Below, piece by piece: positions 1-8,371 of a DNA stretch of 64,000 nt (position 1 is the first letter of the stretch; each line of letters begins with the position of its first letter). Source of the DNA: an uncultured virus (IMG/VR IMGVR_UViG_3300002835_000038) (taxonomy: Duplodnaviria; Heunggongvirae; Uroviricota; Caudoviricetes); the IMG/VR virus record IMGVR_UViG_3300002835_000038, positions 1-64,000 of that record. One strand, written 5' to 3'. The position numbers and the translations under genes are program-made. The notes below the pieces were generated by a model, which had not been told where the DNA came from, did no database searches, and worked only from the letters and a program-made list of their open reading frames with translations.

Positions 1-76
1 TGGGTAGAATCAGACGCGTTCTGTCTACCGAGACCTTGTCGTTAACTTTCGTCAGAGCGGAACAAGACACTATTAG

Positions 77-150
77 TGATCCCGAATGGATTCGAACCAT
101 TGACCTACTGCTTAGAAGGCAGTTGCTCTATCCAGCTGAGCTACGGGACC
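77..150 (-). tRNA. tRNA-Arg(UCU)
   Basis: Cloverleaf on minus strand; anticodon loop CTTCTAA; T-loop GTTCGAATC. Confidence 0.95.
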
Positions 151-155
151 AATTT

Positions 156-320
156 TAAAAGATGATGAATGACTTTATCAGGAATCTCGCCTTCGACTTC
201 ACACACCATTAGAGAGTCGGGAATTACGACAATACAATTAAGAATGTCAACCTATCCTTAGTGTGTACCCTTGCGTCACGTCTCTCCACGCTTATCATTC
301 TACGCTTTGTATCACCTTTT
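156..320 (-). ncRNA. Unknown structured RNA between tRNAs (~165 nt)
   Basis: Terminal stem AAAAGGTGAT/ATCATCTTTT; inner hairpin CGACT/AGTCG; GC-richer than background; no convincing ORF. Confidence 0.5.
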
Positions 321-321
321 G

Positions 322-406
322 TAGTCGGGGCGGGAATCGAACCCGCACGGACGCAATGTCCATTGGATTTTAAGTCCAACGTGTCTACCTATTCCACCAC
401 CCGACC
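322..406 (-). tRNA. tRNA-Leu(UAA)
   Basis: Cloverleaf with long variable arm; loop CTTAAAA. Confidence 0.95.
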
Positions 407-441
407 AAAAGTATTAACCAATAAATTAAAGAACATTCTAG

Positions 442-513
442 TACTGCCACGGGGAATCGAACCCCGCTTTTATGGATGAAAACCATAGGTCCTAACCGAT
501 AGACGATGGCAGC
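442..513 (-). tRNA. tRNA-Glu(UUC)
   Basis: Cloverleaf; loop TTTTCAT. Confidence 0.93.
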
Positions 514-519
514 GGTTTG

Positions 520-594
520 CGGTGCGTATGGGATTCGAACCCATGACCTCTGCCGTGACAGGGCAGCATTCTAACCAGGCTAAACTAACGCACC
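520..594 (-). tRNA. tRNA-Asp(GUC)
   Basis: Cloverleaf; loop CTGTCAC. Confidence 0.95.
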
Positions 595-597
595 ATA

Positions 598-735
598 CCC
601 CCTTTATTAACCCCATTCTGATTATCTTTATACTACAATCAGACGTTACTAATGTAGTCCTTATCGTATTGTCTGACACCACTATCATATTACCCTAGTG
701 ACTTAGGCATCCACAGTGAGGAGTTAGGGGGACTA
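598..735 (-). ncRNA. Unknown structured RNA (~140 nt)
   Basis: Closing stem CCCCC-TAACTCC/GGGGTTA-GGGGG; internal complementary pairs TCAGAC/GTCTGA, ACTACA/TGTAGT, TCTGATT/AATCAGA. Confidence 0.4.
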
Positions 736-743
736 GTATTATA

Positions 744-965
744 AAACCAACAGGACTATCAAACACCTTTACTCCGTAGTCTTAGTATTTTATCGACTTT
801 AAGAGATCTGTACTCGATTCTTTTCGATTAGACTTTTAATCCTTATCGATTATACCTTTCCTCCCAGACTTCGTATTCTTTGCGCAAACCTATCCGAAGT
901 TCAAAGGGTCAGGTCCTTTAGTGATGAAAAATTAGTCATCTTATTTGATAGAACACTGTTGGTTT
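744..965 (-). ncRNA. Unknown structured RNA (~220 nt, long closing stem)
   Basis: AAACCAACAG/CTGTTGGTTT (744-753 with 956-965) stacked on CTATCAAA/TTTGATAG (756-763 with 944-951); follows a boxA-like motif. Confidence 0.5.
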
Positions 966-974
966 AAATATGTT

Positions 975-983
975 TCAAAGAAC
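975..983 (-). promoter_or_regulatory. boxA-like antitermination motif GTTCTTTGA
   Basis: Same 9-mer precedes or lies within five stable-RNA loci in the window. Confidence 0.55.
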
Positions 984-1045
984 GCTTTCTTTTTTTCTTT
1001 TACAATTATAACTACTATTTTTTAAAAAAACAATAGATATGACAA

Positions 1046-1462
1046 TTATTTTTCAGATATTTTATCTAAGATTTTAGACAAAGAATGGACTATCTGAGAT
1101 TTAATCTCATTCTCATAACCCATTCTAAGATCTTCAGTCTTTTCGTTATAACTACGAATAAGTTTATTCCAATCTCTGTCAGATAATTTGACATCATAAT
1201 GGTAAACATGATTAGTGATACTAACCTGACGATCCTCTAAAACGACAAACAAATTAAGTGTTGCGTTTTTGATGTACCTTTTTTCAGATAGAGGTGCAAT
1301 CATAAATTTAGAATCTTTGTGAGATATCATCTTTCTACAGATGGCATTACAAATAGCCTCATTCTGAGTTTTTTCCTCTTTAGGTTTTAGGGCTCTGTAA
1401 TGTATCCATAAAGTATACTTCACATACATTCTTTTCCAAAGTCTTTTAAAAAAATTTTTCAT
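1046..1462 (-). CDS. Hypothetical protein
   Basis: 138-aa ORF with upstream TATCTTTG promoter motif. Confidence 0.8.
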   Translation of the reverse strand: MKNFFKRLWKRMYVKYTLWIHYRALKPKEEKTQNEAICNAICRKMISHKDSKFMIAPLSEKRYIKNATLNLFVVLEDRQVSITNHVYHYDVKLSDRDWNKLIRSYNEKTEDLRMGYENEIKSQIVHSLSKILDKISEK

Positions 1463-1542
1463 AGTTATTTGTTTTATTTAGACAAAGATACAAATAATTT
1501 TCAATCTACCAAATTTTTTTTTATTTTTTTTAGTTTAGTACG

Positions 1543-2211
1543 TTATCCCCTATTATCAATAAAAATTAATATCTCACTATAATAGTTAATAAAATCATCA
1601 CTCCAACAATAATTGGTGATGTCTATATCATCTAAACTATATATTTTAAAGTCTGTAAACACTCTTAGGTATACGTCTCTAAACACTTTAAACTTATCTT
1701 TTAAGTCTTGTGTATTTAAGTGCCACTCACCAGATATTTTTCTTACATTTTCTTTAATCCAAAATAAATTCTCTACAGTAAATATATCATATTCACCACC
1801 TTCACAGTCTGTCTTAAGAAAATCTATTTGTTTAATATTATGATCCTTAATGACTTTAGAGAATGTTGTGGAATATGATTTATTATTAGTGGTGTCCTCA
1901 AACAGATATTCAAATTCCATCTTACCAACTTTGTCCGTTATACCTTTATTGATGTAGGTTACAGGACCGTGATTAGTATTTAAAACTAAATAAGGGAATT
2001 CGGATAAACTAGGTTCAAAACAAAAAATATGTGATGGGTTCTTTTCAATTATATTAAATGTGAACGGTCCGATACTGGCACCAATGTCAAACACGACATC
2101 TCCTTCTTCAACATCAAATACTCTAGTGTAGATACTTCTATCAAACAATTCATTAGTGATGTGTTCTTTAAACACTTCATTCGTTTTACCCCAATTAAAA
2201 ATTTTATCCAT
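1543..2211 (-). CDS. FkbM-family SAM methyltransferase
   Basis: VVFDIGASIG, CFEP, IDFLKTDCEGGEY motifs. Confidence 0.88.
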   Translation of the reverse strand: MDKIFNWGKTNEVFKEHITNELFDRSIYTRVFDVEEGDVVFDIGASIGPFTFNIIEKNPSHIFCFEPSLSEFPYLVLNTNHGPVTYINKGITDKVGKMEFEYLFEDTTNNKSYSTTFSKVIKDHNIKQIDFLKTDCEGGEYDIFTVENLFWIKENVRKISGEWHLNTQDLKDKFKVFRDVYLRVFTDFKIYSLDDIDITNYCWSDDFINYYSEILIFIDNRG

Positions 2212-2822
2212 TATATTTTTTCTTCTTTAAACATTTTTTTTATTTCATCAGATAGTTTGTCATAATCCATATCAAATTTATCTGACATAGAGTTAAGTAT
2301 TCTTTTATTACCGTATGGTGAATTTCCAGGAACTGACCAATTCCTACTAGTCTTTAAATGGTTATAAAATAATACATATGCATTTGCCTTTTTAGTATAT
2401 GTGGGTACATCAATGGGTAGATTCCATTTTTTAATCATCTCCACACTCCTCTTCTCATTATCCAATTCCAAATCTCTGGCAATATCAATGTGTGATCTAA
2501 TACCCACAATTTTTTTATCTTTGTTACCTAACCATTCCCACATTTTTTCTAAGGAAACACTTGCCCTATCCCACAACTCTATTTTATCTAACCACTGTGT
2601 CATATGACAGAACTCGTGAACTAAAAGTTCTAAATAATCTTCCCTACCTTTGGCATACGCCAGTGTTGGCGGTTTGGTATTATCATCAAAAAAACCTGCA
2701 CATTTAATATTGTCAGTTAACTTGATATATCTCCTTTTGTATTCTTTTACTTTCACACCATGTTTCTTACATTCACTCTCTACATACTTAATGAAATTTT
2801 CCACATTAGTGTTTTTACTCAT
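2211..2822 (-). CDS. Hypothetical protein with HEXXH (possible zinc metalloprotease)
   Basis: LLVHEFCH plus downstream ELDNE; start moved to MSKNTN, overlapping the stop of the upstream small ORF. Confidence 0.6.
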   Translation of the reverse strand: MSKNTNVENFIKYVESECKKHGVKVKEYKRRYIKLTDNIKCAGFFDDNTKPPTLAYAKGREDYLELLVHEFCHMTQWLDKIELWDRASVSLEKMWEWLGNKDKKIVGIRSHIDIARDLELDNEKRSVEMIKKWNLPIDVPTYTKKANAYVLFYNHLKTSRNWSVPGNSPYGNKRILNSMSDKFDMDYDKLSDEIKKMFKEEKI

Positions 2823-2973
2823 CTTTGTCTTTGTTTTTATGTTTACTCTTTCTATTATATAAATTTTTAGGGGTTTCTGATCTAGCCACAAAACGACCAT
2901 CAAAGAAACCATCCTCTATTTGTTGGTGTCTTTCTTGAGTTCTTTTCATTTTATGTTGATCATACTTTTTCAT
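2815..2973 (-). CDS. ArfA-like ribosome rescue small protein (52 aa, not in ORF track)
   Basis: Hand translation MKKYDQHKMKRTQERHQQIEDGFFDGRFVARSETPKNLYNRKSKHKNKDKDE; YxRKxKH basic motif as in ArfA; fills an operon gap. Confidence 0.55.
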   Translation of the reverse strand: MKKYDQHKMKRTQERHQQIEDGFFDGRFVARSETPKNLYNRKSKHKNKDKDE

Positions 2974-2977
2974 AACC

Positions 2978-3604
2978 TTAAAATTCTTTGTCTAACTTTT
3001 CAATCTTTTCAACTTCTGGTTTATCCATCACACATTTAATTTTTGTGGATGAGTCATCTTTTCTATGTGAAAAATGAATATGAGAATCAACAGTCATATC
3101 TGATCTATGCGGATTTCTTTTCCACCTTTCATTTCGTATTACTTGTACAATATCAAATGACATTCTACAACTATCATCCACATTTTCATTATAGATACCC
3201 CAAGAACCATTTCTAGTCATTAATGGATCATTAATCAACATGTTACGAGGTTGCACTAACATCTCATCAACATTATCTCTAATATTATGATACCTACCAT
3301 AATCAGTACTCAATTTCACATCTTTTAGTTTCTTCCATTCCTTTTCCTTACACCAATGTCCAGTTTCTTTACTAACAGAACCATTTATTAACGCCTTACC
3401 ATCTTTAATCTCTAATATTTCACCTTGTGGAGTTCTATCCCCAACCTCTGGTTGTCTTTTAGGTCTACAAACTTCCTCTAAATATACTTCAAAGGTTGGG
3501 TGATCTTTGATAACCTCAAATTGCCCAATACCTACTCTAGAGTAAAAGTCTAATGCCTTTTCTACTAACCAAAGTTGTTCGTCAGTTAATTCTAAATTAT
3601 TCAT
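2978..3604 (-). CDS. Hypothetical protein
   Basis: 208-aa ORF in tightly packed operon. Confidence 0.8.
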   Translation of the reverse strand: MNNLELTDEQLWLVEKALDFYSRVGIGQFEVIKDHPTFEVYLEEVCRPKRQPEVGDRTPQGEILEIKDGKALINGSVSKETGHWCKEKEWKKLKDVKLSTDYGRYHNIRDNVDEMLVQPRNMLINDPLMTRNGSWGIYNENVDDSCRMSFDIVQVIRNERWKRNPHRSDMTVDSHIHFSHRKDDSSTKIKCVMDKPEVEKIEKLDKEF

Positions 3605-3983
3605 TTGTTTTGTCTTTTAAATATTGTTTTACATATTCATACGTTGATTCAAATGAGAAACAAATAGGGTTACCATTTTCATCGTGTGCACCATAAGATT
3701 TCACAGGATCACTTTCGATTACTTTACCAGACACACTATCTATTGTTGGGTATTTAGACCAATCTTTTTGTCCCCAATCATTTTCAAAAATAAACCAATT
3801 TATCCAATCAATCCCTTCTTCAGTATAATGTGATTCTAAACAGGACTCAAACATAATATATACGTTATCCGACATACGGTACTTACCCTCTAAAAGATCG
3901 AAACCAATATCATATAATTCACTAATGTCCTCACTAATTTTTTTATATGACATTAATATTTTTAAAAATTCTTCGTAAGTCAT
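3597..3983 (-). CDS. Hypothetical protein
   Basis: 128-aa ORF overlapping its neighbours. Confidence 0.8.
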   Translation of the reverse strand: MTYEEFLKILMSYKKISEDISELYDIGFDLLEGKYRMSDNVYIMFESCLESHYTEEGIDWINWFIFENDWGQKDWSKYPTIDSVSGKVIESDPVKSYGAHDENGNPICFSFESTYEYVKQYLKDKTNE

Positions 3984-4252
3984 AATCTTTTAGTATTTAA
4001 AATTATTTTATCGTCTATTTTTTCAATAGACTCTACAATTAAACCTTTTAAGTCATCATGTATATAACCCATATCCATACCTAGTCCAATATATGGTCCA
4101 CCCATAGGATCAACTGCAGTATATTTTGGATTACCATTTTCATCTAAATTAAATAGAGATCTGTAAAAATCCCCACCTTTCATTTCAAATGATTCACCTT
4201 CACCAATGAAACTAATAGTTTCATCATGTCTATTTTTAAAATTATATTCCAT
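3980..4252 (-). CDS. Hypothetical protein
   Basis: 90-aa ORF, ATGA overlap. Confidence 0.75.
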   Translation of the reverse strand: MEYNFKNRHDETISFIGEGESFEMKGGDFYRSLFNLDENGNPKYTAVDPMGGPYIGLGMDMGYIHDDLKGLIVESIEKIDDKIILNTKRL

Positions 4253-4631
4253 CTTTCTTATTTTTTATTTTCATATATTCCCCATCACAAAGAGTTCTAT
4301 ACCAACCTATGTCAGTTCTTAAAGTTCCTGGTTCGCCAGTTACTTCACAAATTTCATAACTCTTATTTTCTGCCTCTGTTATTCTTTTGAATATTTCATC
4401 ACTACCACCATTAATATAGAACCTTAGTCCTCCGAACTTTTCTTTAACTTGAGTTACTTGTTTATCCCAACCCAATTTAATTAAATCTTCTATAAGTTCT
4501 TTGATGAGTTTTAACCACCCATTGTCCACTTCAAAATAACCACAATCTTTAATTGGTGGTTTTTCAGTTCTCCAACCGTTTTCTAATCCACCTATAGAAA
4601 TTAGAAAATCATTCATTTCTTCTTCTGTCAT
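4242..4631 (-). CDS. Conserved phage hypothetical protein
   Basis: QVKEKFGGLRFY...CEVTG motif of a common phage family. Confidence 0.8.
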   Translation of the reverse strand: MTEEEMNDFLISIGGLENGWRTEKPPIKDCGYFEVDNGWLKLIKELIEDLIKLGWDKQVTQVKEKFGGLRFYINGGSDEIFKRITEAENKSYEICEVTGEPGTLRTDIGWYRTLCDGEYMKIKNKKDGI

Positions 4632-4641
4632 ATATTTTATT

Positions 4642-4902
4642 TTAAACTATAAGTCTATCGATATCAATACCTCTTTCAGATAATTGTTCATTCAATTTTT
4701 CAAAAACTGAATCTATTCCATCATATACTGTAAGTTCCTCACCTTTTTCTTCTCTCCCTTCGAATTCATAATATAATCTTTTTTTAATATTATAAACCAT
4801 TTCAAATAGGACCAAAGACATATCAGTAGACTTAGTACATCTTTCGAATTCCATTTTATCGTCAAAATCTGTTAAATCAAATTCCAATTTTGCTTTACTC
4901 AT
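4642..4902 (-). CDS. Hypothetical protein
   Basis: 86-aa ORF in operon. Confidence 0.75.
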   Translation of the reverse strand: MSKAKLEFDLTDFDDKMEFERCTKSTDMSLVLFEMVYNIKKRLYYEFEGREEKGEELTVYDGIDSVFEKLNEQLSERGIDIDRLIV

Positions 4903-4915
4903 AATAATTTAATTT

Positions 4916-5266
4916 TTATTTCCAAAATAATTGTATCATTAATATTAAAAATGATAAAAATAAACAGACATATGTTTTTGTTGTCAAAGGCTCATCAAAT
5001 ACTTTCCAACTTAATAATGTAAATACCATTGCCCCAATACTGAACCCTATCAATCTGGACGGCCACATTTCACCATTAAATGCGGTTATCATATTTTTTA
5101 CTGAATACATAAATAACATTGAAATTGGGATACCTGCCAATACTGTTAACCAGTAATTATCTCTAATCCAATTATATTTAAGTTGTCCTTGTAGTTGGAA
5201 GAAAGTTAATATTTGCGCAAAAAACCCAACCAACATACCAACTAAAAGATTATTTTTATTTATCAT
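4916..5266 (-). CDS. Small 4-TM membrane protein (DMT/SMR-like topology)
   Basis: Four hydrophobic segments; EPLT motif before last helix. Confidence 0.6.
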   Translation of the reverse strand: MINKNNLLVGMLVGFFAQILTFFQLQGQLKYNWIRDNYWLTVLAGIPISMLFMYSVKNMITAFNGEMWPSRLIGFSIGAMVFTLLSWKVFDEPLTTKTYVCLFLSFLILMIQLFWK

Positions 5267-5422
5267 TTATTTTTTTATTATTTAAAAATATTATGTTTTT
5301 CAAATTCATCGTCTAATTCTTTTTGTATCTTTTTATCGTTAATGAATTTAGAATCTTCCCACGCCTCTTTAATATCACCCCATTTTATCCACAACCTAAA
5401 AAAGTCATATATTAGTTTAATT

Positions 5423-5629
5423 TTATTCACCCTTTAATAATTTTTCTTTACAATAATTATAAATTTCTTTAGCCCTATCATACTTATCCACTCTTTCATT
5501 CCAAATCACAGTAACAATATAATAAGCCTCCCAATAACTACAATTTTCAATTACATTTATATACTCCTCAACAGGAACACCCAACTCTTGTGCAATTCCC
5601 TGATCCACCATATTAAATACACCTATCAT
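5423..5629 (-). CDS. Hypothetical protein
   Basis: 68-aa ORF in operon. Confidence 0.65.
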   Translation of the reverse strand: MIGVFNMVDQGIAQELGVPVEEYINVIENCSYWEAYYIVTVIWNERVDKYDRAKEIYNYCKEKLLKGE

Positions 5630-5630
5630 A

Positions 5631-6203
5631 TTATTTTAAAAATTTAAGTATTTTATCTTTAATCCCTGATTGTTTAATACCTTCATGTCCTCTTGGCGTT
5701 AAAACAAAATTATCCAATCCCCAATCTTTCCAATCTTCACCATTCTTACCCATATCTAGATCATCAACCGCAACCCAATGTGTAATCTCAGGATGATCGT
5801 GTAGATATTGTTTTATCTCAATAACTCTAGTCATTTCTAAATCCCATCTCGGTGACCATATCCAAACCATATCATTGTACCAATTACACTGTCCTAAGTT
5901 TGGTGTTAAATCTATTGGCTTTTTAATAATACCCTGAGATTCGTAATACTCACCCATCTCTTCTAAGTTTGCCCATCGTTTCCAATCGGATGAGGTGACA
6001 ATCTCAGTACCAGTTTCTTCTATAATTTTATTAAGAATCTTAATTGCTTTTTGATTGAAGTTATCAAATCGGTACTCCAAAGGGAAATCCCCCATAGACA
6101 TAGATAACTTACGACCATCCCATTTTTCTTGTTTCTTACGTCTCCCACCCCATTCTGAAGATAAACAAATTACCCCATCATGATCTAAAAATATAACTTT
6201 CAT
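5631..6203 (-). CDS. HAD phosphatase (RNA-repair-associated HAD_SAK-like)
   Basis: KVIFLDHDGV, IVTSSDW, WVAVDD motifs. Confidence 0.75.
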   Translation of the reverse strand: MKVIFLDHDGVICLSSEWGGRRKKQEKWDGRKLSMSMGDFPLEYRFDNFNQKAIKILNKIIEETGTEIVTSSDWKRWANLEEMGEYYESQGIIKKPIDLTPNLGQCNWYNDMVWIWSPRWDLEMTRVIEIKQYLHDHPEITHWVAVDDLDMGKNGEDWKDWGLDNFVLTPRGHEGIKQSGIKDKILKFLK

Positions 6204-6508
6204 ATATAAATTTTATTATCTAAACAATATTTTACAATATAGTTTTTTAAATTGATTATTGTTTCTTTAAAATCCACTCTTTTGAATTCATTCTCCCATC
6301 TTTCACCTTCATTATCCTCTTGTAATAAATCGGAACAACTTTTACTAATCTCAGAAATAAGTTGTTTAAGTGCTACAGTCTGATCAACTACTTGATTATT
6401 CTCAATAACCAAATCTTCCAATTCTCTACAATACTCAACTAACTCCATAACTTCAGGTTCATCCATTAGTGTGGTGTTATTTTTGAATATTTGGTTGATT
6501 GACTTCAT
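6200..6508 (-). CDS. Hypothetical protein
   Basis: 102-aa ORF. Confidence 0.7.
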   Translation of the reverse strand: MKSINQIFKNNTTLMDEPEVMELVEYCRELEDLVIENNQVVDQTVALKQLISEISKSCSDLLQEDNEGERWENEFKRVDFKETIINLKNYIVKYCLDNKIYI

Positions 6509-7197
6509 ACGAATTCCATTTCATTTGTTTCAGTATCCCAAATCACATTAACAGGTTTGTTTCGATATTCGTATCTATCATTTAACACTGACGCATTAAT
6601 ATAATGCGTATTACCATCAAACACATACCCATAACCCTCATGTATGTGCCCAAATACGTGAATTTTTGGTTTTATTTCTTCAACACGTTTCATAAGTTCT
6701 TCACACCCAACGTTCTCATTTCCATAACGGACATAATCTAACTTCCCAAAAGGTGGACCGTGAGTGATAAGAATATCCGTATCCACAGGAATCATATCCC
6801 ATTTCTCTTTTAACTTTTCACCTCTAGGTAAATTAAATGCCCAATTAAAAAACTCTGGTTGCCAAGGTGTACCATAAATTACTAACTGTTGATCTTCATC
6901 GTCCCAAAGATCCATTCTTTCGTCCTGAAGATATTCAACGTTCTTATATCCTGTTAATAAACCTATTAGTTTTTCATAATCGTTCTCAAACCCAAAATCG
7001 TGATTCCCCGCAATAAAAACTTTAAAGTCGTAATTGTCTATACTATCAAACCACTTTAAAAAGTTTTCAATCTCAGTAATATACCCTCGACTAGATATGT
7101 CACCCGCACAAATAAGAATATCTCCACCAGTTAAAAAACTGTTTAGTTTTTCGTGTTTGGTGTGTGTATCACTTATAAATGTTATTTTCTTTTTCAT
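6505..7197 (-). CDS. Calcineurin-like metallophosphoesterase
   Basis: SDTH, AGD, GNHD, THGPP, FGHIHE motifs. Confidence 0.92.
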   Translation of the reverse strand: MKKKITFISDTHTKHEKLNSFLTGGDILICAGDISSRGYITEIENFLKWFDSIDNYDFKVFIAGNHDFGFENDYEKLIGLLTGYKNVEYLQDERMDLWDDEDQQLVIYGTPWQPEFFNWAFNLPRGEKLKEKWDMIPVDTDILITHGPPFGKLDYVRYGNENVGCEELMKRVEEIKPKIHVFGHIHEGYGYVFDGNTHYINASVLNDRYEYRNKPVNVIWDTETNEMEFV

Positions 7198-7199
7198 AA

Positions 7200-7364
7200 T
7201 TAATCAAAAAAACCACCAAAATATAATAATGTTAGATGTATTGTTACACCTATCATAGTAACAAAGACACTGTGATTCCCTTCTTTTGGTTTACCGTGTA
7301 AATAAGAAGAAATCATTAAGTTAAGTCCAATAAGACTTAGTAAGATAATTTGTGGAACCCCCAT
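7200..7364 (-). CDS. Small membrane protein
   Basis: Two hydrophobic helices; start taken at MGVPQ, downstream of promoter motif. Confidence 0.6.
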   Translation of the reverse strand: MGVPQIILLSLIGLNLMISSYLHGKPKEGNHSVFVTMIGVTIHLTLLYFGGFFD

Positions 7365-7433
7365 AATATATAATTTAGTAAACAAATATAGTTATTATTT
7401 CCCATAAAAACAAATGTTTTAACATTTTTATAG

Positions 7434-7508
7434 TACCAAAGGTGAGATTCGAACTCACAAACCTTTGTTTCTAAGACAAAGAGGTATACCTATTCCCGTC
7501 ACTTTGGT
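7434..7508 (-). tRNA. tRNA-Leu(UAG), short variable loop
   Basis: Cloverleaf; loop CTTAGAA; 75 nt. Confidence 0.85.
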
Positions 7509-7514
7509 ATTTTG

Positions 7515-7587
7515 AGCAGGTGGAGAGAATCGAACTCTCGTCCTCTGATTGGAAGTCAGACATAATAAGCCACTATACGACACCTGC
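7515..7587 (-). tRNA. tRNA-Gly(UCC)
   Basis: Cloverleaf; loop CTTCCAA. Confidence 0.95.
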
Positions 7588-7737
7588 ATAATTAGTTTAC
7601 CTAATTTTTAATTTTTTAAAGATATTGATTATCTTTTTGAGATTGAGATTACTTCTCCTACTCAAAAGAAAGTTCACATTTTCTTTTGATGATTTAAACG
7701 TTCCTTTTACTACTACTTTCATATTATTTATTTTTTG

Positions 7738-7811
7738 TGGATACATCTCGGCTTCGAACCGAGGACTCCTGAGTGCAAATCAGGTATGATAGCCAGCTTC
7801 ATCAATGACCC
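7738..7811 (-). tRNA. tRNA-Ala(UGC)
   Basis: Loop TTTGCAC; G3-U pair; one-nt bulge in acceptor stem. Confidence 0.85.
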
Positions 7812-7816
7812 ATTAG

Positions 7817-7891
7817 TTGCGGGGGAGGGACTCGAACCCACGTAGTTCGGCTTATGAGACCGAGCTGGAACCACCTCCAGTCTACCCCGCA
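7817..7891 (-). tRNA. tRNA-Met(CAU), initiator-like
   Basis: Loop CTCATAA; GCGGGG/CCCCGC acceptor stem and TCGG anticodon stem resemble tRNA-fMet. Confidence 0.85.
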
Positions 7892-7923
7892 ATTTTTAAT
7901 TACACCGAATTCGGTATATTTAG

Positions 7924-7998
7924 TTCTCCCGACAGGATTCGAACCTGTGACTCCCTCATTAAAAGTGAGGTGCTCTAAACCAACTGAGCTACGAGAGA
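7924..7998 (-). tRNA. tRNA-Lys(UUU)
   Basis: Cloverleaf; loop CTTTTAA. Confidence 0.95.
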
Positions 7999-8004
7999 TT
8001 GTTG

Positions 8005-8076
8005 AGGTTCCGCTCAGATTCGAACTGAGGACACATGATTACAAATCAAGCGTTTTACCAACTAAACTACAGAACC
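8005..8076 (-). tRNA. tRNA-Thr(UGU)
   Basis: Cloverleaf; loop TTTGTAA. Confidence 0.9.
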
Positions 8077-8123
8077 TTATTATCACCCGTATGGTAACCG
8101 CTTGATTAACGGGCGAAAAATAG

Positions 8124-8196
8124 TAGTCTCTGTAGGGTTCGAACCTACGACATCTTGCATGTAAAACAAGCACTCTACCAACTGAGTTAAGAGACT
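8124..8196 (-). tRNA. tRNA-Val(UAC)
   Basis: Cloverleaf; loop TTTACAT. Confidence 0.93.
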
Positions 8197-8200
8197 GTTG

Positions 8201-8284
8201 CGGAAGAGTGAGGTATCGATCCCCATACCCGAAGGTACCACTAGTTTTCAAGACTAGGTCCAGCGCCAGCTGAATTACTCTTCC
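8201..8284 (-). tRNA. tRNA-Ser(UGA)
   Basis: Long variable arm; loop CTTGAAA; G73. Confidence 0.92.
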
Positions 8285-8300
8285 AGTTTTTTTCAATACG

Positions 8301-8309
8301 TCAAAGAAC
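8301..8309 (-). promoter_or_regulatory. boxA-like motif GTTCTTTGA
   Basis: Between attenuator terminator 1 and the first tRNA. Confidence 0.55.
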
Positions 8310-8310
8310 T

Positions 8311-8344
8311 AAAAACAAAAAACCCTAAGTTTTCACTTAGGGTT
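8311..8344 (-). terminator. Attenuator intrinsic terminator 1
   Basis: AACCCTAAGT-GAAA-ACTTAGGGTT followed by TTTTGTTTTT. Confidence 0.9.
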
Positions 8345-8371
8345 CCCATTTATAGTATTAAAATTTTACGA

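Noticed and set aside
40..56. CTGACGA resembling a hammerhead ribozyme core
   Set aside because: No stem II followed by GAAA. It is better explained as a GAAA tetraloop hairpin.
261..688. ORF-track entries 261-479 and 470-688
   Set aside because: They overlap tRNA genes and are shadows of GC-rich tRNA sequence.
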